Positions 12,674 through 21,325 of a stretch of 64,000 nucleotides of DNA are shown in pieces. Position 1 is the stretch's first letter. The number at the start of each line of letters is the position of its first letter. Location of the stretch: assembly GCA_905214315.1 (NCBI GenBank), contig CAJMLN010000006.1, positions 3,210 through 67,209 of the forward strand, read 5' to 3'. This DNA comes from an uncultured bacterium (GTDB lineage Bacteria; Bacillota; Clostridia; Christensenellales; QALW01). A program made the position numbers and the translations under genes. Under the pieces are notes generated by a model, which made no database searches, was not told the DNA's origin, and worked only from the letters and a program-made list of their open reading frames with translations.

Positions 12674-13081
12674 ATGGCAAATGAAAAGATTGCAGGAATG
12701 GGCTTTCATCATATCGGCCTGAAGGCGGCGGATTTTCAGAAATCGGCAGCCTTTTACAAGGCGCTGGGGCTGAAGGAGGTCGTAGGCTGGGGCGAGGGTG
12801 AAAAAGAGATTATGATGCTGGATCTGGGCGACGGCGGCAGGATAGAGCTGTTTGCCAGCGGCGGCGACGAGTTTAGCGAAAACGGCAAGTGGATCCATTT
12901 CGCCGTGCAGGTGGAGGACGTGCAGAAGGCCTATGATACCGCCCTGGCGGCCGGCGCGGTTTCCCATATTGCGCCCAAGATCATGGAGCTGGCCTCCCGC
13001 CCGTATCCGATGGCCATTCAGGTGGCCTTTGTCAAGGGCCCGGACGGAGAACAGATCGAGTTTTTCAAGCAGGTTAAATAA
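12674..13081 (+). CDS. VOC (glyoxalase/bleomycin-resistance/dioxygenase) family protein
   Basis: GFHHIGLKAADFQKSAAFYKALGLKE and HFAVQVEDV..AYD are typical paired beta-alpha-beta-beta-beta VOC modules. 135 aa. Confidence 0.8.
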   Translation: MANEKIAGMGFHHIGLKAADFQKSAAFYKALGLKEVVGWGEGEKEIMMLDLGDGGRIELFASGGDEFSENGKWIHFAVQVEDVQKAYDTALAAGAVSHIAPKIMELASRPYPMAIQVAFVKGPDGEQIEFFKQVK

Positions 13082-13102
13082 GCTGCGGCTTCTTAAAATT
13101 TT

Positions 13103-13138
13103 CCCGGCTCCGGCAAAAGCGGAACCGGGCGTTTTTTT
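13103..13138 (+). terminator. intrinsic terminator
   Basis: cccggctccg / cggaaccggg stem with one mismatch, then a run of seven T. Confidence 0.6.
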
Positions 13139-13265
13139 GTCGGAAAATCCGATTGGCGCGGATGAAGACGGTTACCGGTGCGGGCGCTGAAATATTCAAA
13201 AAACCCGAAAATTTCGGGCTTTTTCAGGATGATCCGAGCCTGCCGGATATAGAAAAGACGGCCGC

Positions 13266-14045
13266 CTACTCCGTGCCGGACGGAAGAGGGTAGAGCTTCA
13301 GGCAGAGCAGCTCCGGGCGGTTGTTGACCCGCAGGGGAAGCAGGCGGTTGCCCAGCCCGCGGCTGATTACCATCTGCGTGCGGCCCGTCCGGTGCAGTCC
13401 CGCGGTGTAGCGGGGGAACAGCCCCTGGTTCGGGGCGATCAGTCCCCGGCCGCGGGGAAGACGGATCTGCCCGCCGTGCGCATGGCCGCAGAGAACCACG
13501 TCGAAGCCGAAGGCGGCGTATACGCGCAGCAGGTCCGGCCGGTGGGAGAGCAGAATGGTAAAAAAATCGTAGTTGAGCTGAATGGCTTGCAGATTCTCGC
13601 TCATAACCGCCGCGGTTTTGCGGAAGGGTTTAAATGAGGGATCGTCTGCCCCCGCAAGCAGAATCGTACTGCTTTTCCGCGTGAGCTTTACATAGGTGTT
13701 GCGGAGAATATGTGCCCCGCAGGCGGCCATTTCCGCCTCTAAAAGCGGATAGCCGCCGGTGTGCGCCTCGTGATTGCCGGTTGCGTAAAACATCGGGGCG
13801 ATCTCCGCCGCGCCGCGGACCAACGTCAGTGCGTGAAGGTAGTTTTTGGAATCGATGATATCGCCGGTGATGACGATGATATCGGGCGTCTGCCGGCGGA
13901 TTTCCTCTAAAAGCGGCCTCTGTCCTTCCCCGAAGCTGGCGTTGTGGAGGTCGGAGAGATGCACGATGGTAAAGCCGGAGAACGCCTCGGGCAGCCGGGC
14001 GCTTCTGACGGCGACGGCGGTGGTTTCAAAGGAGAGCGTTTTCAT
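13266..14045 (-). CDS. metallophosphoesterase (YkuE-like calcineurin-fold)
   Basis: IVHLSDLHN, ITGDIID, GNHE and GHAHGGQIRLP metal-ligand motifs. Confidence 0.85.
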   Translation of the reverse strand: MKTLSFETTAVAVRSARLPEAFSGFTIVHLSDLHNASFGEGQRPLLEEIRRQTPDIIVITGDIIDSKNYLHALTLVRGAAEIAPMFYATGNHEAHTGGYPLLEAEMAACGAHILRNTYVKLTRKSSTILLAGADDPSFKPFRKTAAVMSENLQAIQLNYDFFTILLSHRPDLLRVYAAFGFDVVLCGHAHGGQIRLPRGRGLIAPNQGLFPRYTAGLHRTGRTQMVISRGLGNRLLPLRVNNRPELLCLKLYPLPSGTE

Positions 14046-14064
14046 TTGGGGCCTCCTGTCCTGT

Positions 14065-15015
14065 TTATAAAGTGGGCTCTTTTAAGTTTTCCGCTGATTT
14101 TTTTGTTTTATTCTCTTTTCTGCTCGCCTGCATTTTTTGTTCCGGCAGGCCCGGCCGTCTGTACACGGCGGGATTTTTCATCTCTGCCGGCGCGCGGCGT
14201 CGGTATTCCGAGGGGGAAACGCCCATACTGTGCTTAAAGGTTTCGGAGAACCACGCGGCACCGGAAAAAGCGCAGGCGGCGGCGATATCACCGATGCTCA
14301 TATCCGTGGAAAGCAGCAGCGTACAGGCCAGGCGGAGTTTTTTGCGAATGATATAGCTGTGCAGCGTATTACCGAACTGGGCAAAAAAGAGCTGATTTAA
14401 ATAATACGGATGATAGCCGAATTTTTCCGCGATGGCGGCGTTGGAGGGGGGTGTTAAAAAATTTTGATCTAAAAAGCCTTTTACTTGGTCTAAAATCCGG
14501 GGATAGTTTTTTTCTGCCGCGCGGTGCAGGGCGGCGGCCCGCAAGATTATATATTTCATTTCGGCAGAGGCTAATTCGGCAAAAAGCGGAGGTTCTTCGG
14601 TAAACAGAGCGCATATGCCGCGGAGCCGTTCTTCTAAAAAAGAAGCATTTTTTATCAAAAGCGGCTGGTCAAACGGCGCCATGCGCAGGGGCGAGAGCAG
14701 CCTCTCGGGCAAAAAGCTCTCTGTGGGCTGCGGCGTCTGCGGCGCCGCGCCGAAACAGGAGAGATCCAGATCAAAGTTGAACAGAAGAACCGATGCCTCT
14801 TTTGCGGCGCACGTAAAACGGTAGGGCAGCGCAGGGGGCAGAAACAGCATATCACCGGGCGAAAGGGGGTAGTCCGCGCCGCCGGCTGTTATAATAAAGG
14901 TGTTTTCGGCACAATAGAACAGCCGGTGGTCGTAGGCGAGTACTTCGCGGGGATAGGTGCGCAGCCGTACGGGCATGGCAAAACGGATGCAGGGATACAG
15001 CGCTTCAAATTCCAT
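14065..15015 (-). CDS. AraC family transcriptional regulator (cupin sensor + HTH)
   Basis: C-terminal AraC double HTH (IAEKFGYHPYYLNQLF..., IGDIAAACAFSGAAWFSETFKHSMGVSPSEYRR). Divergent from the TIM-barrel operon. Confidence 0.85.
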   Translation of the reverse strand: MEFEALYPCIRFAMPVRLRTYPREVLAYDHRLFYCAENTFIITAGGADYPLSPGDMLFLPPALPYRFTCAAKEASVLLFNFDLDLSCFGAAPQTPQPTESFLPERLLSPLRMAPFDQPLLIKNASFLEERLRGICALFTEEPPLFAELASAEMKYIILRAAALHRAAEKNYPRILDQVKGFLDQNFLTPPSNAAIAEKFGYHPYYLNQLFFAQFGNTLHSYIIRKKLRLACTLLLSTDMSIGDIAAACAFSGAAWFSETFKHSMGVSPSEYRRRAPAEMKNPAVYRRPGLPEQKMQASRKENKTKKSAENLKEPTL

Positions 15016-15226
15016 AGCATAAACCTTTGTTTTGTTATAATTTAAATTTACTTTTTTTCTTGATTATAGCAGATTTTTTTGATAATATCAAGAAAATAAA
15101 GCAAAGAATATCTTTGTTTTAAAAAATGAAAAGGAACTGCTTTCCCTCGGTGTTTGCATTGCTTGGATGCCGGTTTTTTGAGGGATAAAACCGCAAGATT
15201 TGTCCTGAAAATATATAGATTCGTCT

Positions 15227-15255
15227 TGAAATAGAAAAAATTTTCCTTTATACTA
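15227..15255 (+). promoter_or_regulatory. sigma-A type promoter TTGAAA-N17-TATACT
   Basis: Hexamers and the 17-nt spacer read directly. The -10 ends about 30 nt upstream of the 15285 start codon. Confidence 0.5.
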
Positions 15256-15284
15256 TAATAAAAGAACAAAAAGGAGCGCTTGCT

Positions 15285-16019
15285 ATGAAAAAACAATTTG
15301 CGCTGCAGCTGTATTCCCTGCGGGAGGATACTGCCAGGGATGCCGCGGCGGTACTGAAACAGGTTGCGGCAATGGGCTTTCAGAGCATTGAATTTGCCGG
15401 GTATTACGGCATGGATGGCAGGGAAATGAAACTGCTGCTGGAGGATCTGGGCCTGACGGCCGTTTCCTCCCATGTGGGATACAACCGTTTTACCGATCAC
15501 TTTAAAGAGGAAATCGAGTTCAACCATGCGGTGGGCAATCACCATATTGTTTTGCCGTATTATGGCATCCAAAATACCGAGGACGCCAAAAGAGCCGTGG
15601 AGGATATTGGAAAAATGCGGGAAGCGTTTATCCGCGAGGGCTTTGATTTCGGCTATCACAACCACGCCTTTGAGTTTGCGCCCTTGGATGAAGCCGGCGC
15701 CTGCGGCATGGATTATATTATTTCCATTCAGGATTTAAAGCTGCAGCCGGATGTGTTCTGGATTAAAACCGCCGGTATCGATCCGGTGGCGTTTATCCGG
15801 CAGAACACCGGACGACTGATTTCCGTTCATATGAAGGAATACGGCAGCGACGGCAAAAACGCCGAATTCGGCACCGGAATTTTGCCCTGGAGGGAAATTA
15901 TGCAGGCCGCCGAGGCAGGCGGAACGACCATAGGCATTTTGGAGCAGGAGGAATATTCCTGCCCACCGCTGGAGAGTGTTGCAATCGGCGCAAAAAATAT
16001 AGAAAAAATTTTTAACTGA
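15285..16019 (+). CDS. sugar phosphate isomerase/epimerase (xylose isomerase-like TIM barrel)
   Basis: AP_endonuc_2-like pattern (LYSLRE..., GFQSIEFAG, YHNHAFEF). RBS aaaggag. Confidence 0.78.
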   Translation: MKKQFALQLYSLREDTARDAAAVLKQVAAMGFQSIEFAGYYGMDGREMKLLLEDLGLTAVSSHVGYNRFTDHFKEEIEFNHAVGNHHIVLPYYGIQNTEDAKRAVEDIGKMREAFIREGFDFGYHNHAFEFAPLDEAGACGMDYIISIQDLKLQPDVFWIKTAGIDPVAFIRQNTGRLISVHMKEYGSDGKNAEFGTGILPWREIMQAAEAGGTTIGILEQEEYSCPPLESVAIGAKNIEKIFN

Positions 16020-16032
16020 CAGGAGGTTTTTT

Positions 16033-17001
16033 ATGAAACTTGGTGTTTTAACCGTTCCGCTGTATGACAGAAGCCTGGAGGAGGCCCTTGCCTGGCTGCA
16101 CGCGCGCGGCGTGCAGACGGTAGAGCTGGGCAACGGCGGCTTTCCCGGCAATACCCACGTAAACCCGGACAATTATCTGGGTAATCCTGCAAAAATTGAG
16201 GAGCTGAAGGCGCTTTTAAACAAATATCAGCTGGAAATTTCCGCGCTTTCCTGCCACGGCAACTGCGTGCATCCCAACCGCGAGACAGCCGCAAAATTCC
16301 AGAGTGATTTTGAAAAAACCGTGCAGATGGCCGAGCTTTTGGGCGTGGATACCGTGGTTACATTCTCCGGCTGCCCGGGCGGCTCTCCGGAGGATAAAGT
16401 GCCCAATTGGGTCACCTGCTCCTGGCCGCCGGATTTTGCCGATATTCTGGAGTATCAGTGGAACCAGGTGCTGATTCCCTACTGGAAAGAGGCCGTGGCC
16501 TTTGCCAACGCGCACGGGGTTACAAAGATCGCCCTGGAAATGCACCCGGGCTTCTGCGTGTACAACACTGCTTCACTGCTGCACCTGCGGGAGGCCGTGG
16601 GCGATACCATCGGCGCGAACTTTGACCCCAGCCATCTGATCTGGCAGGGGATGGATCCGGCCGAGGCCGTGCGGATGCTGGGCGGAAAGGCGATTCATCA
16701 CGTGCACGCCAAGGATACGTACCTGGATACGGCCAATATCCGCAAAACCGGCGTGCTTTCCACCGGCCATTACAGCGACGTGCTCAACCGTCCCTGGACG
16801 TTCCGCACCGTGGGCTACGGTCTGGACACGGCCAGGTGGAAGGAGTTTGTCAGCATGCTGCGGATGGTGGGCTATGACGGCGCCCTTTCCATCGAGCATG
16901 AGGATATGTTTATGAGCGTGGAAGAGGGGCTGGAAAAGGCCATCGCGTTTTTAAAGGATATCATGTGCGTCCAGCCCATGGGCGAAATGTGGTGGGCGTA
17001 A
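16033..17001 (+). CDS. sugar phosphate isomerase/epimerase (xylose isomerase-like TIM barrel)
   Basis: GVQTVELG..., IALEMHPG, NFDPSHLIWQGMD, HVHAKD and LSIEHED metal-site pattern. Confidence 0.78.
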   Translation: MKLGVLTVPLYDRSLEEALAWLHARGVQTVELGNGGFPGNTHVNPDNYLGNPAKIEELKALLNKYQLEISALSCHGNCVHPNRETAAKFQSDFEKTVQMAELLGVDTVVTFSGCPGGSPEDKVPNWVTCSWPPDFADILEYQWNQVLIPYWKEAVAFANAHGVTKIALEMHPGFCVYNTASLLHLREAVGDTIGANFDPSHLIWQGMDPAEAVRMLGGKAIHHVHAKDTYLDTANIRKTGVLSTGHYSDVLNRPWTFRTVGYGLDTARWKEFVSMLRMVGYDGALSIEHEDMFMSVEEGLEKAIAFLKDIMCVQPMGEMWWA

Positions 17002-17019
17002 AGCTTAAAAACGATATGG

Positions 17020-17049
17020 GAGCTGAGAAACTTTCTCAGCTCTTTTTTT
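17020..17049 (+). terminator. intrinsic terminator
   Basis: gagctgagaa / ttctcagctc 10-bp stem, 3-nt loop, then seven T. Confidence 0.75.
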
Positions 17050-17052
17050 GTA

Positions 17053-17081
17053 TTGCTATTTTGGGGCGGTTTGTTTATAAT
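17053..17081 (+). promoter_or_regulatory. sigma-A type promoter TTGCTA-N17-TATAAT
   Basis: Read directly. It sits about 205 nt upstream of the GH25 start codon. Confidence 0.5.
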
Positions 17082-17287
17082 AAAAACTGAAAACATACCG
17101 CCGGCTTTTGATGAGCCGGAGCACAGGCTTTTTGGGATTTTATACCGTTGCCGGTAAAAAGACAGTTTAATGACGAAGCGCCCGGATGTCCCGCCCGGTG
17201 AAAGTGCGCGCTGTGGGGCTTTCGCACAGCGGCAGAACGGGGATTCTCTGGTTCTGCCGGCGGCAGAGGGGTGCTCAGGAGGAGAAT

Positions 17288-18025
17288 ATGACGCGCGTAA
17301 AAAAAGGACTGCTGATTGCTTTTTCCGTAGAAATACTGCTTGTAACCTTAGTGTTTTTGCTGATTTTTTTCGGCGTGATTTTGCTGAACAACCCCTCCCG
17401 GGAGGTTTATCCGGTGCGGGGAGTGGACGTTTCGGCGCATCAGGGGGAGATCGACTGGGAGGTTTTAAGCGGGCAGGGCATTTCGTTTGCCTTTATCAAG
17501 GCCACCGAGGGCGCGACGTTTGTCGACGAGCGCTTTGCCTATAATTATGCCGAGGCGGTCCGATGCGGCCTGCGCGTGGGGGCGTACCACTTTTTCCGCT
17601 ATGACCGTACCGGTGCCGAACAGGCGGAAAACTTTATCAGCCGGGTGGAAAAGACGGAAAACATGCTGCCGCCGGTTATCGATGTGGAGTTTTATGGCGA
17701 GAGCGAAAAAAATCCGCCCGCGCAGGCGGATGTGCGGCGGGAGCTGGACAGTATGGTGCAGCTTCTGCGCGAGCATTACGGAATGGAGCCGATCCTCTAC
17801 GCCACTGAGCGCTCCTATCGGCTGTATATCGCCGGCGCCTATGAGGACTGCGATATCTGGATCCGCAATGTCACGTCCCAGCCGCGGCTGAACGACGGCC
17901 GTGCCTGGATTTTTTGGCAGTTTACCAACCGCCGGCGGCTGAAGGGGTATCAGGGGCGGGAGCCCTATATCGATGAAAACGTGTTCTGCGGCAGCCGCGA
18001 GGAATTTCTGCAGTACGCGCGGTAA
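17288..18025 (+). CDS. GH25 muramidase (lysozyme), N-terminal membrane anchor
   Basis: Start at ATG 17288, after caggaggagaat. TM segment LLIAFSVEILLVTLVFLLIFFGVILL. GH25 motif VRGVDVSAHQGEIDWEVL..GISFAFIKATEG. Confidence 0.85.
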   Translation: MTRVKKGLLIAFSVEILLVTLVFLLIFFGVILLNNPSREVYPVRGVDVSAHQGEIDWEVLSGQGISFAFIKATEGATFVDERFAYNYAEAVRCGLRVGAYHFFRYDRTGAEQAENFISRVEKTENMLPPVIDVEFYGESEKNPPAQADVRRELDSMVQLLREHYGMEPILYATERSYRLYIAGAYEDCDIWIRNVTSQPRLNDGRAWIFWQFTNRRRLKGYQGREPYIDENVFCGSREEFLQYAR

Positions 18026-18466
18026 GATTGTGTTGCAAAATTTTTCAGGAAAATCAGATATTGCGGAATGAAATTTTTGGAATCGGTTGTAATTAGAAGC
18101 GTTTGATGCCCAACATGGGGAAATCGCTGCATAACTCCGTGTGTTCCAACGCCCCCGTACGAGTATTTTCTCTGGTTTGCCTCGCGTATCCCATATTTGA
18201 AGCAGCGCCAACGAGAAGAATTTGTGCTTCTGCTGTTTGAAATGCAGCCTTAAACGGCGGGCGTTTTCCTATCCCTGCTGTGCCAAGTGTTGTAACGTCC
18301 ATCCAGCAGGGCAAACGCCATGACTCAAGACAAAATTTTCAAATCACGCTTGATAAATAGCGGATATTTGCTGCTGTAAATTTTTTGTTTTCACAAGATT
18401 CACAATGGAAAAACACAGCTGTTTGTGATAAAATACCGACGAAAATAAAAAAGGAGAGGTGCGAAT

Positions 18467-20398
18467 ATGAAAAAATGGATTTCCCTGATGCTTTCTGTGG
18501 CGGTAATGTGCGGTATGCTGTCGTTTTCCCTTGGGGTGCGGGCGGATTTGCCGAATCTTTTGGAAAACGGGTCGTTTGCAGACGGCATTGGAACGTTTGC
18601 CAAAAGCGGAACCTGTATTCTGGAGGAGAGCGACGAAGCTCAGGACGGCGACGGCTGCAGCGCGCTGATTTCCGGGCGGGAGCAGAATCACAGCTCGGTT
18701 GCCTTTAACGCTGCGCCTATTGTGCAGCAGCAGGGAAGCGGAGAATATACCTTCAGCGGCTGGGTAAAGCTGGCCGAGGCGGACGCCGCGAAGATAAAGC
18801 TGGCGGCCACCTACCAGCTGACTTGGGGCGGAAAAAATGAAACCCGCCAATGGCCCATGGGAACAAAGACGGAGCTTTCCTATGACGATTGGACCTATTT
18901 GGAGGTTAAAACGGAAATTGAAGCCGAAAAGGACGGCGAGACTATCAGTGAGGTAAAGCTGTATTTTGTGCAGGACGCGTTTGACGCCGGTCAGGCGCCG
19001 GATTTGCTGTTTGACAATCTTTCCTTTATCAAGCACGGGGAGTATGTGCAGGTAACGCCCGCGCCGGAGGTAGAGGTTCCGGCCTCTAAGGACGTGCAGA
19101 GCATTAACGGATTTGATGCCACGCAGATCGGTGCGATTCGCTGGGACGCTTATTTTGAAACCGGCAGCAGCCCCACCGCGGTATCCGATCAGGTAGCGGC
19201 CTGCTTAAGCCCCGCCCAATACCACTGGACGGCGCCGTTTTTTGCCCGGGTTGCCTCCGACGGCAAAGTGAGCTTTCCAGAGGAGTCCCTTGCGCTTTGG
19301 GAAGAGGAGGCGCGCTACGCCATTGACGCGGGCATCGATTATTTTGCCTACCTCTGGTATGATTCCAACGACAGAATGAGCTATGCCCGGAAATTCCACA
19401 CCCGGAGCGAGCTTCGGAACCAGATCGAGATGACGGCGATTTTAGAATCGCTGAATCGCTCGGCGGCCACCTTTGAAGAGCTGTTTGCCGCCATGAAGGA
19501 GGACTATTGGCTGTATATGGACGGAATGCCCGTCGTCTATGTATACGATGCCGGCAGTAAGGATGCGGCGTTTGTGCAGCAGCTGCGCAAAATGGCGGCG
19601 CAGGCGGGCATTGAACAGCCGCTGTATATTATCGGTATGGGATACAGCGACGCCGCCACCGCGATGCTGGGCGCCAATAATGATTTTGACGCTGCGAGCT
19701 TTTACAGCATGGGCGCTTATGAGGTAGGCTGGACCTATGCCCAGCTATGCCAGGCAAACCTGGAAAACCATAATAAAGTATTGCCTGCCGGCGCGGCTAT
19801 GCCGTTGGTGCCCTGCGCTACGATGGGCCGGGATACGCGCGCCCGGATTGAAACCGGCGTTTCCTGGTGCGAGAATACGCGGGGCGGTCCGGATAATTTG
19901 CAGTACGGCGGAAAGTTTGCCTATACCGGAACCCCCGAGGAAATTGGAAATCACCTGCTGGATATGCTCAACTATACCAAGCGCAACCGGAAAAACACCA
20001 AGTGCAACACGGTGCTGATGTATGCCTGGAACGAGCATGACGAGGGCGGCTGGATTTGCCCGACGCTCTCCTGCGACGAGGAGGGCAATGTACTTTACAA
20101 CGAGGACGGCACGGCAAAGCGGAACACCGCACACATCGACGCGGTGAAAAAGGCAATCGCCTCCTACCGTTCCCAGGAAGCCAACGCCGGGGTGTATACT
20201 GATTTGGAGGGCAATATCGTCGAGGGAAATCCGGTTACGGACGCTTCCGGTACGCCTGCTCCTTCGCCGGGCACGGATATAAACGCTTCTTCCGGCGGAG
20301 GCGTATGGATGGTTATAGGAATCGGCGCGGCAGCTGCGGCTGCCGCGGCCGTTATCGCCGTTGTGGTCATCCGGCGGAAAATCATGCGCCATCGGTAA
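18467..20398 (+). CDS. surface protein: signal peptide + CBM4/9-like module + uncharacterised glycosidase-like domain + C-terminal TM anchor
   Basis: Strong RBS. Signal peptide MKKWISLMLSVAVMCGML. NLLENGSFADG...FSGWVKL...LLFDNLSF resembles CBM_4_9. A central domain of about 380 aa ends in MYAWNEHDEGGWICPT. Poly-Ala TM segment plus RRKIMRHR at the C-terminus. Confidence 0.65.
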   Translation: MKKWISLMLSVAVMCGMLSFSLGVRADLPNLLENGSFADGIGTFAKSGTCILEESDEAQDGDGCSALISGREQNHSSVAFNAAPIVQQQGSGEYTFSGWVKLAEADAAKIKLAATYQLTWGGKNETRQWPMGTKTELSYDDWTYLEVKTEIEAEKDGETISEVKLYFVQDAFDAGQAPDLLFDNLSFIKHGEYVQVTPAPEVEVPASKDVQSINGFDATQIGAIRWDAYFETGSSPTAVSDQVAACLSPAQYHWTAPFFARVASDGKVSFPEESLALWEEEARYAIDAGIDYFAYLWYDSNDRMSYARKFHTRSELRNQIEMTAILESLNRSAATFEELFAAMKEDYWLYMDGMPVVYVYDAGSKDAAFVQQLRKMAAQAGIEQPLYIIGMGYSDAATAMLGANNDFDAASFYSMGAYEVGWTYAQLCQANLENHNKVLPAGAAMPLVPCATMGRDTRARIETGVSWCENTRGGPDNLQYGGKFAYTGTPEEIGNHLLDMLNYTKRNRKNTKCNTVLMYAWNEHDEGGWICPTLSCDEEGNVLYNEDGTAKRNTAHIDAVKKAIASYRSQEANAGVYTDLEGNIVEGNPVTDASGTPAPSPGTDINASSGGGVWMVIGIGAAAAAAAAVIAVVVIRRKIMRHR

Positions 20399-20599
20399 AC
20401 CCTCAGAACAGGCCGTTGTTTTGCAAAAGGAGAGAGGAAAATTGTATCCCTGATTACAATAAAGCATAGGGCAGAGAGATAGGAAATTCAAAAAAGTATG
20501 ACCTTTTAACAAAGGGTGCAGTGCTTGAATAAAATTCCCCCTGAGCCTTGAAAGGAAAAGGACGGATTGCAGTCCGTCGTATCTCTTGGTTCCACACAA

Positions 20600-20891
20600 G
20601 GCTGCTCTTTCCTGCTCATAAGGGCAGGAAAAGCTCATAACAAGAATAGGCATGGTAGATACAGCAGAGAATATCAGCGCTTTACATCTGATTGTTGACA
20701 AAAGGGAAGCGGAACCGTTATCTTGCAGATATTAACGAGCAGGCGGAATCAATGTTCTTTATTCTGGAGCGGCGGCAAGGGAACACGAACAACTAAAGGC
20801 TGAAAAGCAAATGATCTGGGTTGGCGGCACGAACGCCGCCCGAGAAGCGGCAACGGAGCTTGTCAGCCATACAATCCTGTGTTGTCCATAG
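20600..20891 (+). pseudogene. decayed TnpV-like (transposon-associated) gene fragment
   Basis: Three reading frames joined by frameshifts give ..RHGRYSREYQRFTS / LLTKGKRNRYLADINEQAESMF.. / EHEQLKAEKQMIWVGGTNAAREAATELV. From memory, this follows the TnpV pattern GKYGRMRLKYLKEH..LLLSG.L..HLAEID....GVTE.LKA.DQM.WV..MN.IR..AEE. Stops and frameshifts interrupt it. Confidence 0.5.
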
Positions 20892-21130
20892 CTTAATTCT
20901 TGTTCAGCGTGGTAACGATGAAAGCTCTGTCCTGTCTGCCTTGATGACGGAAACATGAAAAAAGCGCTGAGCTGAAGATAGGAGTATAGAAAAAACGTGG
21001 TGCGGTAAATCTGTACTCTGTTCTTTTATACCGCAAACGCTCTGAAAAGCTTATGCTGTTATGGAAAAAAAAGGTTGAAACGTAACTGGTTTTGTGATAA
21101 AATGTAAATATTAAATTTGTTCAAAAAGGG

Positions 21131-21159
21131 TTGACAAGAAAAGTGGCAGGGGGTATACT
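21131..21159 (+). promoter_or_regulatory. near-consensus sigma-A promoter TTGACA-N17-TATACT
   Basis: Hexamers and the 17-nt spacer (agaaaagtggcaggggg) read directly. About 165 nt upstream of the surface-protein start. Confidence 0.6.
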
Positions 21160-21192
21160 CATACATACATACATACATACATACATACATAC
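21160..21192. repeat. tetranucleotide microsatellite (CATA)8 / (ATAC)8
   Basis: catacatacatacatacatacatacatacatac read directly. It starts 1 nt after the -10 hexamer. Confidence 0.97.
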
Positions 21193-21325
21193 AGTCTAAT
21201 TCTGCCCTTTTTTCCTGCCAGGCCGGCAATAGAAGCAATTTGAAAGGCATATTCTGCCCACTTTACAGTGGACGGGACTCGCCTTTTTTTTGTTTTTTTA
21301 AAATTTGATGAAAGGACTGAAAAAG

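Noticed and set aside
17080-17287. Possible ydaO (c-di-AMP) riboswitch upstream of the GH25 lysozyme.
   Set aside because: The conserved ydaO blocks as I recall them (GGGGA.CC, GGUGAAUC, CCGAAUCCGACAGCUAACCUCGUAAGC) are absent. I report this only as an unclassified structured leader.
18026-18466. 440-nt gap of lower GC with a 73-aa minus-strand ORF (18093..18314) that faintly resembles the C-terminus of IS110-type transposases (..TLGTAGIGKR..).
   Set aside because: The similarity is too weak to support by eye. There are no terminal repeats, no RBS and no intact transposase frame. I treat it as unassigned intergenic sequence; a blastx search would settle it.
20320-20352. GC-rich gcngcn run that could be a trinucleotide repeat.
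   Set aside because: It encodes the poly-Ala core of the C-terminal TM anchor (GAAAAAAAAV). Codons vary (gcg/gca/gct/gcc), so it is not a perfect slippage-prone repeat.
21059-21250. 63-aa minus-strand ORF running through the CATA repeat (CMYVCMYVCMY).
   Set aside because: Its amino-acid repeat is simply the translated microsatellite. It has no RBS and lies antisense to the promoter and leader of the surface-protein gene.
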